Of a stretch of 64,000 bases of DNA, positions 62,299 through 64,000 are shown piece by piece. This stretch comes from Intoshia linei. Lineage: Eukaryota > Animalia > Orthonectida. The DNA lies in NCBI GenBank assembly GCA_001642005.1, contig LWCA01000054.1:1-64000 (forward strand). The letters run 5' to 3'. The position numbers and the translations under genes were made by a program. Positions within the stretch are counted from its first letter, which is position 1. The number at the start of each line of letters is the position of its first letter. The notes beneath the pieces are model-generated. The model did no database searches. It saw only the letters and a list, made by a program, of their open reading frames with translations, and was not told the origin of the DNA.

Positions 62299-64000
62299 CA
62301 GATTTATATCGTTTTAATGGTTATGTATCAATATTTTTTAGGTTTAAATGTTTATTTTATAATAAACTTTACTTTATAATTTTATATATTTCATGAAATT
62401 TTTTATTTCTTTGTCTGTTTTTGTGCTTGTGGTCGTTATTAATGGTATTTTAATATATTAATAAATGTATTTTGAATGTTGTTTTTATATATTTAAACTT
62501 TATAGGAGGTATTGGTGTAAATTACAAGATACATATTATTTTTTTAGGAAGTATGTTTTCTTTGTACTGTTTAGCTGTTTTTCTTATTTTTTTTATAAAG
62601 TTTGTAAATTTAAATTTATTTTTTTTAATTTTGTTTATTACTGATTGTGCCATGTTTAATTTAAAAATTATAGTTTGTAAAATTTTTTTTTATTTTATTT
62701 TTAAATTTTAATTACATTTATTCTACAGCACGTAAACTTTAAAAATTTTTAACTTATATTATCAAAATTTTATTCAATTCAATTTTTTCTTACCTTTTTT
62801 TAATATTAAGTTATTTTAAACTTTTTGGTATGGTACATAGATGTATTTATTATTTTCTAAATTGGATCTTAGTCCATTGACAGAGGATGGCCGCGAACAG
62901 TGGACTATGTCCACTGGACATGGTTAGATTAAAATTATTATGATATTCAAGAATATAATTTTTTTAATGCAAAAATTGGAGAAATGGGGCCGCTATTTTC
63001 AAAAATTCCACTGAAAAATAGTCTCTGATACGGTAAGTTTTGAACGTTGAATCATAGCCTATTTTTTAATTGATAATTTTTAAACTAAGGTGGTAATTTA
63101 ATACTTTAATTAATAATAATTAATAATTGTATTAATTTATATTATTAAATTAACTTAAATATAATGTATTCTTATGTTTATTGTATATATATGTATTATC
63201 TCATATTTGATGCGTTATTTATACTCATATGTAGTCTGTAATATAATTATGTTTATTGGAATGTTAATTTTTTTCGTTAAATTTAAATTAAAAAAATTAC
63301 GAGGATTTTTAAATTGCAGAACACGTCAATGTTTTTGCAGTAATTTTAAAAACAAACACAATATATGTTATTTTTATTGCATCTATCATACCGTACGGCT
63401 TGGTATTTCCTTATTTTATAATATTTTATTAAAAACTTAACACGCTAATGTTTATATATTTATTTAGAAATTATTAAAATATTTTAAAAATTAGACAGTA
63501 AGTTTTATGGAATTATTTAATGAGCAAATTGCACTTGCAAATAAAATTTTTGCTTTGCAAACAAATATTTTTAGTTTTAAAACATTTCATTAATTTTACA
63601 ATACTAAGCATCTCAGATTTTCATCGGTTTTAAAAGTGTTTTATTAAGTTTTACTAAGTTGAGAAAGTGAAAATTGATTGATCAATTAATACTAAATAAA
63701 ACCAATATAATGTTAATATTTTAAAGATGGTAATTAAAAAAGATTTATATATAAAAACTAAGCTTGGCAATCGATAAAAATTAGCGTCAGAATATTTTTA
63801 TCGGTAAATTTAATTTTATTAATCTATTTTTAAATTATTATTGAAACATTTGAAATCTAAACATTCTCATCTTGAAAATAAGGATAAAAACTATTTTCTT
63901 ACTAATTCAACTTAACTAAGGTTGTTAAATGAAAAATGATTTATTAATGATTAATTTATTGTTAATTAAAAATTAAATAAAATGACCGGTAATTTATTGG

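Noticed and set aside
62400-64000. ORFs 62472-62711 and 63174-63440
   Set aside because: Low-complexity F/I/L/K translations of AT-rich DNA with no motifs or consistent splice structure.
1-64000. tRNA, rRNA or spliceosomal snRNA genes
   Set aside because: None was recognised by eye; a tRNAscan-SE or Infernal run would be needed to exclude divergent ones.

Overview
This is very AT-rich eukaryotic, apparently metazoan, DNA. Genes are compact and intron-dense, with mostly ~30-50 nt GT-AG introns; the long introns and spacers are filled with transposon debris. The style fits a reduced invertebrate genome such as an orthonectid parasite, but that is inference and the taxon cannot be confirmed here. 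Genes rebuilt by hand-splicing, left to right: EF1-beta (-, partial), TRMT10A (+), FAXDC2 (+), UFC1 (+), a ~37-exon cysteine-rich surface protein (+), FRMD8 (-), INCENP (-), a shrunken PPP1R21-like gene (+), IMP4 (-), intronless PWP1 (+), an orphan ORF with one in-frame stop (-), and LTN1/listerin (+). Mobile DNA includes a dead intron-bearing pogo/Tigger transposase, about 15 copies of a non-autonomous Helitron, and several hAT and Tc1/pogo MITEs with visible target-site duplications (TSDs). The most striking object is the 13.5-28.3 kb gene: signal peptide, ~33 CxxC furin/VSP-like repeats nearly all on their own symmetric phase-1 exon, a Ly6/uPAR-like three-finger domain and a GPI-type tail. 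It is a candidate splice-variable surface antigen. Most short ORFs in the supplied track are exon fragments or noise. All homology calls come from motif recognition, not database searches.
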